Notes: a model not told the origin generated them from the sequence alone. A DNA stretch of 64,000 bases from Candidatus Latescibacterota bacterium (GCA_965204745.1 OZ242010.1:5283461-5347460); one strand, 5' to 3'; counted from the stretch's first letter, positions 36,430 to 46,764 are shown. Program-made: numbers and translations.

Positions 36430-37800
36430 TAGCCGCTCCTTCAAATTGTATGAAATCGACTTTATCGCATACTATCGCATGCTACACAAAAGCCAATGAC
36501 CGTTGATTCGATTGCCGCTTCTTTGGGCGTGCGTCCACGCGCTTACAACCTCGTGTCCGTCTTATCGTTCCTCCACGTCCGTTTATCGACTCGGCAGGGC
36601 TTGCCGCGTCGTATTGTGCAAGATTTCTTGCCGCGTTCAAATCGCGGTCAAGAACCAGTCCGCAGGACAAGCAGACATACTCACGCTCTGACAAATCCAT
36701 AGCAACCTTGCGCTGTCCACAGCCAGAGCATGTCTTCGTGCTGGCAAACCACCTGTCGGCTTTCTCAAAGGCCACGCCAGACCATTCGCACTTATACGCC
36801 AACATACGCAAGAAGCCTGCGATGCCGGCGCGGTGGAACGCACGCGACAGGCTTTTGTTGCGGCGCATACCGGCGACATTCAGCGTTTCGACAATCACCT
36901 TGCCAACGGTCGTCGCTTTGACCAAAGCGGAAGTGGCTTTGTGATGAACATCGTTGCGAATGGTTGTGATGCGTCCGTAGATGCGCTGGCGTTGGTCATA
37001 CAAGCGTTGCCTGCGATTACTGCGTTGGTTCTTGCCATGCACATGCTTTGAGCGTGCGATGGCTTTATCTACTCGGCGCAACTTCCGATACTGCGTATCA
37101 ATTGATCCTTTTGGATTGTCTATCGTTGTGCCATCAGAATAGGTTGCCAGCGTCTTGATGCCCATGTCAATGCCGATGGGTTCACCAGACCGCTTATCGG
37201 GCACAGCCTCGCCAGTATCGACAGATAGACAAACAAACCAGCGGTCATGCGTCTTTGTCACCGTGGCTTTGACAATCTCGCCGGGAAAGCGCAGACGCTC
37301 AGCCATCTTGACCCAACCAATTTTGGGGAGATAGACCTTTTTGCCGTCCACCTTGACCGTACCGGGCCCATTATCGGCTTGGTACGCACGCTTACCAGAC
37401 CGCTTGCGGTGTTTTGGAAACCTCGCTGGCGATTTCTTGTCTTGCCACCTCTTGATGGCAAAGTCCAAATCGTGAATGGCGTTCTTTGATGCGTTCTGCG
37501 ACAACTCGACAGACCATTCATACTCGGCATACTTGACCGCATTGAACTCCCGCTTGAGCGTATAGACCGACTTAAACACGCCCATATCCAGGGCGTGTTT
37601 GAACGCATTGAGGGCGTGATTATACGCAACACGAGCATAGCCACAGTGCTTTGACAACCGCGTCGCCTGGGCTTTATTCGGCTTCAGTGCATTTTTGTGC
37701 GTCTTAACCATTGGCCTATCCAATCTTCAACACCAACTGCTTTCGCTCGATAATATACGATTTTATACGATACGATACGATTATAGCGAAATGTTACTTA
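36430..37800 (-). mobile_element. IS200/IS605-family element of IS1341 type (tnpB only, no tnpA)
   Basis: Complete TnpB ORF. Lower GC. Upstream end carries atacgat direct repeats and ...gaaatgttacttacc. No Y1 transposase in the window. Confidence 0.6.
36482..37723 (-). CDS. tnpB: TnpB (OrfB) RNA-guided endonuclease-like transposase accessory protein
   Basis: N-terminal HTH-like region (KAQATRLSKHCGYARVAYNHAL). RuvC-I GIDMGI. Zn finger CSGCGQ...CLSCG. RuvC-III DRDLNAARN. Confidence 0.85.
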   Translation of the reverse strand: MDRPMVKTHKNALKPNKAQATRLSKHCGYARVAYNHALNAFKHALDMGVFKSVYTLKREFNAVKYAEYEWSVELSQNASKNAIHDLDFAIKRWQDKKSPARFPKHRKRSGKRAYQADNGPGTVKVDGKKVYLPKIGWVKMAERLRFPGEIVKATVTKTHDRWFVCLSVDTGEAVPDKRSGEPIGIDMGIKTLATYSDGTTIDNPKGSIDTQYRKLRRVDKAIARSKHVHGKNQRSNRRQRLYDQRQRIYGRITTIRNDVHHKATSALVKATTVGKVIVETLNVAGMRRNKSLSRAFHRAGIAGFLRMLAYKCEWSGVAFEKADRWFASTKTCSGCGQRKVAMDLSEREYVCLSCGLVLDRDLNAARNLAQYDAASPAESINGRGGTIRRTRGCKRVDARPKKRQSNQRSLAFV

Positions 37801-38048
37801 CCCTCTGTCGTTCCTATATCCTCGCCACTCCGCTCTTCCCAAGTATAGGTTGGGAATGGCGATGAAGCAAGCGAGAATATGGCGAGATGTAGGGGCGGCG
37901 CAATTAGCCGTTCTCAAGCCAGTTCATGGATGGGAAACGACGAGCGAGGTAGGGGCAGTGCCCCTGTGCCAAAAAAAAATGATGTGGCTATCAGAAATTA
38001 TCATACCTTTTCGATATGGATGGGAATAATGTGAAAAAGGAGAATAAC

Positions 38049-38876
38049 ATGGTTTCTGATCTCGATATCTATCTGTTCGACTTGCGCGGGTACCTGCTTC
38101 TGGAAGGCGCGCTGACCGATAGTGAAGTTCGGGCATTGAACGGGTGTTTGGACGAAATTCCCGCGCTCGCGCCGGGCGACTGGTATGGGTATATCCACGG
38201 CCATGCGTATGGCGATGTCACATCGGGAATCAACTATCAGCAGATTTACGAGGCGGGCGAGCCGTATGAAAAGCTGATCGACCATCCGTCTTGGTTTGAA
38301 CACGTCAAGTTGTTCATCGGCGGCGAAGGCACCTTTGACTACCATCACGGCCCCGTGTTCATCGACGAATGTTTTGCCAATTTCCGCGGGCCGGGCGAGG
38401 CCATTGGCCTGCATTCGGGTGGGTTTCCGCCCATTCACAGAAATCAGTTTCGCTATCGCGGCGGCCGGTTTATGTGCGGGCAGATCAACGTGCTGATCGC
38501 CCTCACAGACATCGGGCCGGGCGATGGGGGAACGATGCTGATTCCGGGCAGCCACAAATCGAATTTCAAGCATCCGCATTACGACAAACAGCGGATGGGA
38601 GAGAACAGGTCCGTCGATGGCACCCTAGGCGCGATTGAAGTGTTTATGAAGGCGGGCGATACCTTGGTTTTTGTCGATGGGATTTCTCACGGCTCCGCCA
38701 AGCGCGTCAACGAGGGCACGCGGCGCATTGTCGTGTATCGCTACGGCCCTTCGTGGGGAAATTTCCGGCACGGGTACCAGCCCTCACCGGAATTGCTCGA
38801 CCGCCTCACACCCCAACGCCGCCGCATCGTCCAACCCCAGGTCTTGCTCCCACGCGAACCACAAATCAAAAAATAA
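38049..38876 (+). CDS. Phytanoyl-CoA dioxygenase (PhyH) family protein
   Basis: AAGGAG SD 6 nt upstream of ATG 38049. DSBH-type 2OG-oxygenase fold with conserved His/Asp residues. Paralogous to the three other PhyH genes in the window. Confidence 0.55.
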   Translation: MVSDLDIYLFDLRGYLLLEGALTDSEVRALNGCLDEIPALAPGDWYGYIHGHAYGDVTSGINYQQIYEAGEPYEKLIDHPSWFEHVKLFIGGEGTFDYHHGPVFIDECFANFRGPGEAIGLHSGGFPPIHRNQFRYRGGRFMCGQINVLIALTDIGPGDGGTMLIPGSHKSNFKHPHYDKQRMGENRSVDGTLGAIEVFMKAGDTLVFVDGISHGSAKRVNEGTRRIVVYRYGPSWGNFRHGYQPSPELLDRLTPQRRRIVQPQVLLPREPQIKK

Positions 38877-38926
38877 AAAAAGGAAGGCGACCTGCCTTCC
38901 CCCTTTCTTTTGCACAAAAAATGGCA

Positions 38927-39772
38927 TTAGCACGTTGCGCCGAGTTGGTCGCCGCCGTAGATGGCTAGGCGTTCTGCTGTGGTCAGCGCGACAGCACGTT
39001 GAGGGCGGTAGTGGTATTGCAAGGCCCTGCGGCGATAGGGCGAGCGATTGGTCGGGCTACCGTGATGGGTCAAGCCGTGCCAGAACAGGCAACCGCCGGG
39101 ATCGAGCGGCACAGTGACGCTGTTGGGAACAGCCACATCCGCGTCGCATATTTGCCAGTCGCGCCGCTTAAAATGCGGGATCGGGCCATGTTGGTTAGAA
39201 CCGGGAATGATGTGCAAACACCCATTTTCTTCGGTGGCCGCATCTATCGCAATCCACACCCCGACAACCGTGGTGTGAACGGGATAATTGAAATACGCGC
39301 AGTCTTGGTGCCATGGCTTCTCGCGGCCAATGCGCGGGGGTTTGATCAGCCCCATGTCCTGAAAGAGCACGGGCGTGTCGTTCATCATGCGGGCGAGCAC
39401 AGCGAGCACGTCGGGGGCATAAGCGAGGGCAGAGAGGCGGTCGTCGCTATCGACAAATTGCCAGAGTTTCCGCACGGCATCGCGGCGCGCCTCACCCGTG
39501 AGTGTGGAAAAACACCCGCGGTTGTCGGCTTCGACCTGCAAGCCCTTAAAGTCCGGATTGTTGCCATCGATGAGGTGCCACATCGCCCGGCCAGCGGATT
39601 CAATTTGTTGCGGCGCGAACGCCTGCCGAATGGCGAGATACCCCTGTTCGTGAAACCGGGCGATTTGACGGTCGTCAATATCGGCGAGCGTATCGAGATA
39701 CTCGGCCCGTCTGTTCGCGCTGTAGAGCGATGGGTCATGGATCTCGATAGACACGGGAACTGGTTCTGCCAT
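38927..39772 (-). CDS. Phytanoyl-CoA dioxygenase (PhyH) family protein
   Basis: KPWHQDCAYF (WHQD motif). Start at MAEPVP (39772). Upstream extension of the listed ORF is translated family D repeat. Confidence 0.7.
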   Translation of the reverse strand: MAEPVPVSIEIHDPSLYSANRRAEYLDTLADIDDRQIARFHEQGYLAIRQAFAPQQIESAGRAMWHLIDGNNPDFKGLQVEADNRGCFSTLTGEARRDAVRKLWQFVDSDDRLSALAYAPDVLAVLARMMNDTPVLFQDMGLIKPPRIGREKPWHQDCAYFNYPVHTTVVGVWIAIDAATEENGCLHIIPGSNQHGPIPHFKRRDWQICDADVAVPNSVTVPLDPGGCLFWHGLTHHGSPTNRSPYRRRALQYHYRPQRAVALTTAERLAIYGGDQLGATC

Positions 39773-39775
39773 GAG

Positions 39776-39875
39776 ATACTCCTGAAAAGATGGAAGTTTA
39801 GCCACGAGCGAGGTACAACTGGCAACAGCCCGTTCAAAAACACGAGCGGGGTACAACTGGCGACAGTCCGATCAA
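39776..39875. repeat. Family D dispersed repeat (two tandem copies)
   Basis: gatggaagtttagccacgagcg(a/g)ggtacaactggc(a/g)acag(c/t)cc occurs twice here and in reverse orientation at 24035-24100. Confidence 0.6.
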
Positions 39876-40035
39876 ACAAAGATACAAGAAACCTTTACAG
39901 GCTATCGTCGCGGTGGTGAAAGTAGGGGACTATAATTATAGCCCCCTACGCCATTCAATCTGGGGCATGTTGCGGCACGACCAGGATTTTGATGGCGAGA
40001 AATTCTATCGGATCACCGCGCAAACCCCTTGACCT

Positions 40036-40995
40036 TTAAGAGCGTATCTTATTTTTTTCGCTTTCTAATGCGAGGAGCATGACCTCTGTTGTCGTTAGCA
40101 AATCCAGCGCGTTGTGGAACAGAATATCGCGCATTTGCACGGCATTGCCCGAGAGCACAAAGCGGTGGTACGCGTCGGGAATTTCCGCGCCCGGAATATC
40201 GCCGCGCCGGATGCGGTGGCAAAGATGGCGTTCCAAGGTCTGCAACTTGCAGTTGGGCAGTTGCCGGCCCCAAAACCGCCGCGCCACATGCAACATGTCA
40301 ATATGCGCTTGTCGCAGGCAGAAGGGCACGCCCAAGAACGCGCACCGGTCGCGGATATAGGGCAAATCGTAGGACTTGCCATTGAAGCTGACAATCACGC
40401 TGGACGCATCCAACAGGGCGGCGAAGTGCGTCAACAGCGCGGCTTCTTCGGTGTAATCGCGGGCTAGCAGTTGGACGACGCGCAAGTCGCCATTGAACTG
40501 CGCCAAGATGCCGATCAAGAACAAGGGCGTGCCCGCGGTCAATCCCGTGGTTTCGATATCCACGCAAATCACATCGCGGGCATGGGCGTCGATGAGGGGA
40601 TGGAAAGTGTCGTAGCGATCCCACGGCACATTGCCCGCGTGCAACGCGCTGATCGCGCGTGTGTATCGCTCGGCAAATGCCCGGCCGCCGCCGTGCAGAA
40701 TTTCTCGCACGGTTTGGTCGATCCGCAGAAACGCGCCCGCGGGCGTCTGGATCGCTTGGCCCTGCGCCACTTCGCTCAACGAGAGGTGCAACCGCGCATC
40801 GGCCGCGGTCGCCATGACGCGCAAGTCGCGGGCATCGGGCACGGGCGTGCGGAATGAGGTCGCTGCGTTGCCGCGGTTTTTTTGATCGGTTGCAACGGGG
40901 CGGTGCTCGGATTCGGACACTTCGATCTCGTCTTTGTGTTTCAAATCGCGGCGGTTGAGCGCGGCAATGCGTTTTCGCATGTCATCGGAAATCAT
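40036..40995 (-). CDS. RNase H-like 3'-5' exonuclease (YprB/COG3359, PolB-exo-related family)
   Basis: ICVDIETTGL (exo I), SFNGKSYDLPYIRDR (exo II), HNALDLLTT (exo III). Confidence 0.55.
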   Translation of the reverse strand: MISDDMRKRIAALNRRDLKHKDEIEVSESEHRPVATDQKNRGNAATSFRTPVPDARDLRVMATAADARLHLSLSEVAQGQAIQTPAGAFLRIDQTVREILHGGGRAFAERYTRAISALHAGNVPWDRYDTFHPLIDAHARDVICVDIETTGLTAGTPLFLIGILAQFNGDLRVVQLLARDYTEEAALLTHFAALLDASSVIVSFNGKSYDLPYIRDRCAFLGVPFCLRQAHIDMLHVARRFWGRQLPNCKLQTLERHLCHRIRRGDIPGAEIPDAYHRFVLSGNAVQMRDILFHNALDLLTTTEVMLLALESEKNKIRS

Positions 40996-41082
40996 AGGGA
41001 CAATATACTTTCAGAACCGCCCATCCGTCAAGGTGTAGAAACTTCTCGCATGAACGAAATGGGTTTATTAAATTACGGGTCT

Positions 41083-42987
41083 ATGAAACGCATCTATTTT
41101 TGGATTTTCTTTTTTTTGGTAGGGTGTCTCGCGCCCGATCCTGGGCAACGCGAAGCGGGTGAGGCCGTGCAGTCCAATGCGGTGATCCGCGAATCGCGCG
41201 CACCCGAGCAGATCGATCCCACAATTTTGATCGACCGCACCTTTGGCGAAGCCCCCGGCCTCGCTGAAAAAGTCAAAAGCGGCAAACTCCCTCCGGTATC
41301 TGAACGCCTGCCGGAAAATCCCCTCGTGGTCATCCCGATAGACACCATCGGACAATATGGGGGCATCTTGCGCCGCGCACTCACGGGCGACATCATCCAA
41401 ACAGCGGGCGCGAATAAAACCCTGAGCGAAAATCTGATGGGATTTTCCCGGCCCTTGCCGGACAGCATTGTACACAACCTCGCAGAAAGTTTTGAATTTC
41501 GAGACGCGGGTCGAACCGCGATTTTCAAAATCCGCAAGGGCATCAAGTGGTCCGATGGCGCGCCATTTACGGTTGACGACATCTTGTTTTGGTACTACGA
41601 CATGACCTTTGACGACAATGCCCGGCCGCACAACCAGCCGGTTCCCCCTTCGGTGTGGGTGGTGGATGGCAAGCCCATTGACTTGGAGAAGATCGACGAT
41701 CATACCTTGAAAGTCTCGTCGTCCAAACCCCTCGGCCGCGTCTTGCACGCGCTGTGTTCAGATGTGGTTGCACAGCCCAAACACCACTTGTCGCACTTGC
41801 ATCCGCGGTACAATCCGGAAGCGCGTTATGAGGAGTTTCGGGAAAAAGCCACGAATGCCATGCTCATCATGAAACCCGGGATGCCGCGCTTGTCTGCGTG
41901 GGTGCCCGTGGAATGGATTCGCGGGCAACGCATCGTTTATGAGCGCAATCCTTATTATTGGAAGGTGGATACCGCGGGCAATCAACTGCCTTATGTGGAC
42001 CGCCTCGAATTTACGGTCATCCAAGACCCGCAGGTTATTTTGCTCAAATTCGTCAATGGCGAGCTCGACTTGTTTGGGCGGTATTCCCGCATCAACATGT
42101 TTCCCACCCTGCGCGCCGAAGAAACAGAGGGCAAGTTCAAATTGCGAATCACCGGGCCGGACCGAGGGCCGGCGTACTATCTCAACTGGGATACGCCCAA
42201 ACCCGCGCTGCGCGAAGCCTTTCGCAACCGGGATGTGCGCGTCGCCATGTCGCACGCGATCAACCGCGAGGAGATCAACCAGATCGTGTATCACGGCTTG
42301 CTCGATCCCTCGGGATATTCTTTCGCGCCCTCCAACCCGCACTACGCCGAGGCGGCCTATCGCAAATATTCTGCCTTTGACCCGGCCCTATCCCGCGACC
42401 TTTTGGACAGGGCCGAGTACCGCGACACAGATGGCGATGGGTGGCGCGAGCTCCTGGACGGGTCGCGTTTTGAACTCAATATCGACGTGATTCCCGGGGT
42501 CGGCGTGGATGTGTCCGAACTCGTGTCCGAACACTGGCGCGACATTGGCATCAAAGCCAATTTGAATATCGCGTTGCGCGACATCGTATGGCCGCGCCGG
42601 CTCAACGGGGAATTTGACATCCACCACTGGGGACTCGAAGGCCCGGCCGATCCTTTGGGCCGCCTCAACGACTGGGCGATTATGGCGCCCACCGTGCCCT
42701 TTTGGCACCGCAATGCGTCCAAAGAAGGCCCGGCGTGGTTGCGCGAAGCCACGGCCCGCATCAAAAAGGTGTTGACGAGCGTCGATCCCATCGCCGTACA
42801 CCGGGAAATGACAGACGTGCGCGACCTCCACACCGACAATGTACCCGTTATCGTCGTCGGTTCCGCCTATTCCATCTGGGGGGCGAGCACGCGACTGGGC
42901 AATGTCCCGCTTCAAGGCAGCGCCGCAGACGTACATCGCGGCTGGGGCCGCCCCGTGTTCCACGAACAGATTTTTGTGAGGAAGTAG
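41083..42987 (+). CDS. ABC transporter substrate-binding lipoprotein, family 5 (DppA/OppA-like)
   Basis: Lipobox ...FFFLVGC at start 41083. ~630 aa, SBP_bac_5-like. Upstream of the permease and ATPase genes. Confidence 0.75.
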   Translation: MKRIYFWIFFFLVGCLAPDPGQREAGEAVQSNAVIRESRAPEQIDPTILIDRTFGEAPGLAEKVKSGKLPPVSERLPENPLVVIPIDTIGQYGGILRRALTGDIIQTAGANKTLSENLMGFSRPLPDSIVHNLAESFEFRDAGRTAIFKIRKGIKWSDGAPFTVDDILFWYYDMTFDDNARPHNQPVPPSVWVVDGKPIDLEKIDDHTLKVSSSKPLGRVLHALCSDVVAQPKHHLSHLHPRYNPEARYEEFREKATNAMLIMKPGMPRLSAWVPVEWIRGQRIVYERNPYYWKVDTAGNQLPYVDRLEFTVIQDPQVILLKFVNGELDLFGRYSRINMFPTLRAEETEGKFKLRITGPDRGPAYYLNWDTPKPALREAFRNRDVRVAMSHAINREEINQIVYHGLLDPSGYSFAPSNPHYAEAAYRKYSAFDPALSRDLLDRAEYRDTDGDGWRELLDGSRFELNIDVIPGVGVDVSELVSEHWRDIGIKANLNIALRDIVWPRRLNGEFDIHHWGLEGPADPLGRLNDWAIMAPTVPFWHRNASKEGPAWLREATARIKKVLTSVDPIAVHREMTDVRDLHTDNVPVIVVGSAYSIWGASTRLGNVPLQGSAADVHRGWGRPVFHEQIFVRK

Positions 42988-43191
42988 CGAGCGATCAACC
43001 CTCCCCATCCACCCCGGAGATATGTTTCGCCGACCTCTTGGGGATTGTGTGGCCTTCTCACGTCTCACGTCTCGCTTTTAGGGTTGTGTGGCCTCTTGCA
43101 TCTTTGGGCCGCCCCGTGCAGATTTTTGTTAGCGAAAGGCTATCTCCGCAGAGACGGCCTTTCCCGATTCCTTTACATTTGGGAGAATGAT

Positions 43192-44433
43192 ATGGATGAC
43201 CAACAATTGGAACAAGCCTTGCAGAAGGTTGGAAAAGAATGCTTTGTGACCTATCTTGAGAAGTTCGCCGACTTTTCGATAGTCAACAAAGATGTTGCCG
43301 CACAGATTAAGGCGGAGAAAAATTACACGGACAAAGCCTGCCAATATCGCACAAACGATGCCCGCCGCATCATCAGGGCAGGCCAAGCTGTGGATGCCTT
43401 GATCAATATTAGCCAATCAAATGTGCCAAGCCATGTTATGGAAAAAGCTCGCAAAATTGCCGAGCGGGCCAATGCCGAAAATAAGGGCAAGTCGGTCAAT
43501 GGCTCTGATCTGCTACAAATTATCGCGGCCTCAGTCGGTCTCACTTTTACCTACGCGATTGACAACATCCTTAAAGATGGTTGTTTTCTTGATCGGGCCA
43601 AACTGGAAATGGTACTACAGCGGCTCAAGGACAAGAAGAACCTGATTCTACAGGGGCCGCCGGGCACGGGCAAGACTTGGCTGGCTACCAAGTTGGCGTT
43701 TGCTCTGCTTGGGGGCAAAGACAGACGCAGGGTGGAGCGTTTCCAGTTTCATCCCAATCTCTCTTACGGGGACTTCATCCGCGGTTACCGTCCTCAAGGT
43801 GAAAAAGGGCCAACGCTCGTTGACGGTCCGTTTCTCAGGGTGGTTAATAACGCGAAGGAAGAGCCTGATCGCGATTACGCACTCGTCATTGAAGATATAA
43901 ACCGGGGCAACCCGGCCCAGATTTTCGGCGAGATGCTGACCCTGCTGGAAGCCGACAAGCGCGAGTACAGTGACGCACTGACGCTGGCCCATCCTCATAC
44001 TCCTGATGAGCGCGTCTATATTCCGCCTAATGTGTATGTTATTGGCACGATGAATGTCGCGGATCGCTCTTTGGCACTCTTCAATTTGGCTCTCCGACGC
44101 CGATTTGCGTTCGTTGACCTGGAACCCATTTTCGACACCACTTGGCGCGACTGGGTCAACCGGGAGTGTGACATAGATAGCGACTTTCTATCGACCATTG
44201 CAAATCGGCTGACGTCTCTGAATGAGCAAATCGCAGCCGATCACAATCTGGGGCCACAATTCCGAATCGGGCACAGCGTCGTAACCCCTCAACCCAACGC
44301 ATCGATTACTGATCCGATAAAGTGGTTCACAGATGTCGTCGAAACCGAGATAGGCCCCATGCTGGATGAGTACTGGTTCGATAATGCGGATGAGGCTCAA
44401 AAAGCAAAGCGAGCACTGCTGGAAGACCTGTGA
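43192..44433 (+). CDS. McrB-family AAA+ GTPase (5-methylcytosine restriction system subunit B-like)
   Basis: Walker A ILQGPPGTGKTW. McrB signatures GTMNVADRS and ALRRRF. GGGAGA SD 5 nt upstream of ATG. Markedly lower GC than flanks. Confidence 0.8.
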   Translation: MDDQQLEQALQKVGKECFVTYLEKFADFSIVNKDVAAQIKAEKNYTDKACQYRTNDARRIIRAGQAVDALINISQSNVPSHVMEKARKIAERANAENKGKSVNGSDLLQIIAASVGLTFTYAIDNILKDGCFLDRAKLEMVLQRLKDKKNLILQGPPGTGKTWLATKLAFALLGGKDRRRVERFQFHPNLSYGDFIRGYRPQGEKGPTLVDGPFLRVVNNAKEEPDRDYALVIEDINRGNPAQIFGEMLTLLEADKREYSDALTLAHPHTPDERVYIPPNVYVIGTMNVADRSLALFNLALRRRFAFVDLEPIFDTTWRDWVNRECDIDSDFLSTIANRLTSLNEQIAADHNLGPQFRIGHSVVTPQPNASITDPIKWFTDVVETEIGPMLDEYWFDNADEAQKAKRALLEDL

Positions 44434-44525
44434 TGATAGCCCCTAACACTATTGACCGTGCGGACCGCGCTATTGCCGAAGAGGCCATCGGCGCGGTGTT
44501 GGACAACGGAGAACTGATTGCTTGA
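44433..44525 (+). pseudogene. 30-codon ORF overlapping mcrB stop (TGATGA), truncated by family B repeat; possible mcrC remnant
   Basis: ATG at 44433 overlaps the McrB TGA. Reading frame terminates as the ctctcacc repeats begin. Confidence 0.2.
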
Positions 44526-44539
44526 ACGGTTGGGCGTTG

Positions 44540-44618
44540 GGCGGCCCTCTCACCTCTCACCTCTTGCCTCTTGCTTCTTGCCTCTCACCTCTCGCCTCTC
44601 ACCTCTCACCTTTCACCT
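44540..44618. repeat. Family B pyrimidine-rich octamer tandem repeat (ctctcacc/ctcttgcc)n
   Basis: Reverse-complement relative of the ggcaagag/gaggtgaga tracts at 6718-6766 and 28703-28880. Shares gggcggccc...caac. Confidence 0.7.
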
Positions 44619-44619
44619 T

Positions 44620-45618
44620 ATGATCAACTACATCATCCGCCGATTGTTGCACATGATCCCCACGCTGATCCTGATTTCCATGGTCAGCTTCGCGGTGATT
44701 CAAGCGCCGCCGGGCGATATGCTCACGTCTCGCCTCGCGGAATTGGCCGAGCAGGGCGAGTTGGGGTCCGAAAGCGCGATGGCGCAAATTGACGCCCTGC
44801 GCGAACGCTATGGGCTCAACGATCCGATCTACGTGCAATACGCGCGCTGGATCTGGAAAATCGTCAGCAAAGGCGATTTTGGGCAATCGTTCACGTACGA
44901 AATGGACGTGATGGAACTCTTGGCCGAACGCTTGGGACTCACCTTGACCCTGACGCTCTCCACCTTGATCTTTACGTGGATCGTCGCCATACCCATTGGC
45001 ATCTACTCGGCCACGCGGCAATATTCCATTGGGGATTACGGCTTTACCTTTCTCGGGTTCATCGGCCTTGCCACCCCCAACTTTTTGCTGGCACTGGTCA
45101 TTATGTTCATCCAAGTCTCGGTCTTTGAAGCCGAATCGGTCGGGGGGTTGCTCTCGCCCGAATACATCGGCGCGGCGTGGTCGTGGGCAAAATTTGTCGA
45201 TTTGCTCGAGCACATCTGGGTGCCCATTCTCGTCATTGGCACGGGCAGCACGGCGGGCATCATCCGCATTATGCGCGGCAACTTGCTCGACATCCTCGGG
45301 CAACAACACATTCAAACCGGGCGCGCCAAGGGCCTCAAAGAAGGCAAGGTCATCGTCAAGTACGGCGTCCGCATTGCCATCAACCCGTTGGTCAGCCGCC
45401 TCGGCCTCGAGTTGCCCGGCCTGCTCTCGGGCGCGGTTGTGACCGGCATCGTGCTCGGCTTGCCGACGGCCGGCCCCATTTTTTTGACCGCGCTCACGTC
45501 GCAAGACATGTACTTGGCGGGCGCATTCCTGCTCTTGGCCGCCACGTTTTTGCTCGTGGGCAATTTGTTGGCGGATATTCTTTTGGCATGGCTCGATCCG
45601 AGGATTCGCTATGAGTAG
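44620..45618 (+). CDS. ABC transporter permease (DppB/OppB-like)
   Basis: Start MINYIIRRLLHMIPTLILISMVSF is a typical DppB N-terminus. 6 TM. EAA-like loop. Confidence 0.8.
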   Translation: MINYIIRRLLHMIPTLILISMVSFAVIQAPPGDMLTSRLAELAEQGELGSESAMAQIDALRERYGLNDPIYVQYARWIWKIVSKGDFGQSFTYEMDVMELLAERLGLTLTLTLSTLIFTWIVAIPIGIYSATRQYSIGDYGFTFLGFIGLATPNFLLALVIMFIQVSVFEAESVGGLLSPEYIGAAWSWAKFVDLLEHIWVPILVIGTGSTAGIIRIMRGNLLDILGQQHIQTGRAKGLKEGKVIVKYGVRIAINPLVSRLGLELPGLLSGAVVTGIVLGLPTAGPIFLTALTSQDMYLAGAFLLLAATFLLVGNLLADILLAWLDPRIRYE

Positions 45619-46741
45619 CATCGATCAAACGACGCCGGAGGTACAGGCGGAAGAAGCCGCGACCGCGGGCACGTATTCGCAGCGCGAGTTGATCTGGCGG
45701 CGGTTCAAAAAACACCGCGCAGGCGTCGTGGGGGGATACGTGGTGCTCTTTCTGTATGTCTGCGTTTTCATGGGCGAATTTTTGGCGCCGCACGACCCGG
45801 CGCATCGCTACTACAACTACGTTCATTTGCCCGCGCAGCGCGTTCACATCTTTTCCGAGAACGGCATCCACTGGCCCTTTGTCTATGGGATCAAAAAGGC
45901 GTTTGACCGGCAAACCGGCATCAAAACCTATACGGAAGACGCCTCGGCGCGCTACCCGGTGTACCCGTTTGCCCGCGGCGCGGAATACGCATTTTACGGC
46001 CTCTTTCGCACGGATATTCACTTGTTTGGCACGGGCAAGGGCAACCCGCTGTTCCTCTTGGGCACGGACCGGTTTGGGCGCGACATGCTCTCGCGCATCA
46101 TCGTGGGCGGGCGCATCTCCCTCACCATTGGCCTGCTCGCGGTGCTCATCAGCCTCACCCTCGGCTCTGCGCTCGGCGTGATCTCGGGCTATTACGGCGG
46201 CCATGTCGATAACATCATCCAGCGCATCATCGAACTGATCTTTGCGTTTCCATCCATCCCCATTCTCATGGCCCTCAGCGCGATCTTGCCCCCAGAGTGG
46301 CCCTCGCATCTCGTTTTTATGGGCATCGTCACCGTGCTCGCGCTCGTGGGTTGGGGCGGCCTCGCCCGGGAAATCCGCGGCAAGACCCTGTCCATCCGCG
46401 AAGCCGATTTCGTGCTGGCGGCCCGCGTGGCCGGCGCCAAAGACAGGCGCGTCATTTTTCGGCACTTGCTCCCGTCGATGTTTAGCCACATCATCGTCAT
46501 CGCAACCCTGGCGATTCCGGGATTCATCCTCGGCGAAAGCACGTTGAGTTTTCTCGGCTTGGGCATCAAACCGCCCATGACCTCGTGGGGCTTGCTCTTG
46601 GCCGACGCGATGAATATTCACTCCCTCAGCTTGTATCCCTGGCTGCTTTTGCCCGGCGTGTGCATCATCATCGCGGTGCTCGCGTTCAATTTTCTCGGGG
46701 ATGGGTTGCGCGATGCCGCGGATCCGTATTCGAGCAGATAG
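45611..46741 (+). CDS. ABC transporter permease (DppC/OppC-like)
   Basis: 8-nt overlap with upstream permease. N-terminal cytoplasmic extension then 6 TM. Confidence 0.8.
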   Translation: MSSIDQTTPEVQAEEAATAGTYSQRELIWRRFKKHRAGVVGGYVVLFLYVCVFMGEFLAPHDPAHRYYNYVHLPAQRVHIFSENGIHWPFVYGIKKAFDRQTGIKTYTEDASARYPVYPFARGAEYAFYGLFRTDIHLFGTGKGNPLFLLGTDRFGRDMLSRIIVGGRISLTIGLLAVLISLTLGSALGVISGYYGGHVDNIIQRIIELIFAFPSIPILMALSAILPPEWPSHLVFMGIVTVLALVGWGGLAREIRGKTLSIREADFVLAARVAGAKDRRVIFRHLLPSMFSHIIVIATLAIPGFILGESTLSFLGLGIKPPMTSWGLLLADAMNIHSLSLYPWLLLPGVCIIIAVLAFNFLGDGLRDAADPYSSR

Positions 46742-46764
46742 CGCGGATCGTTTGAGGACTTCCC

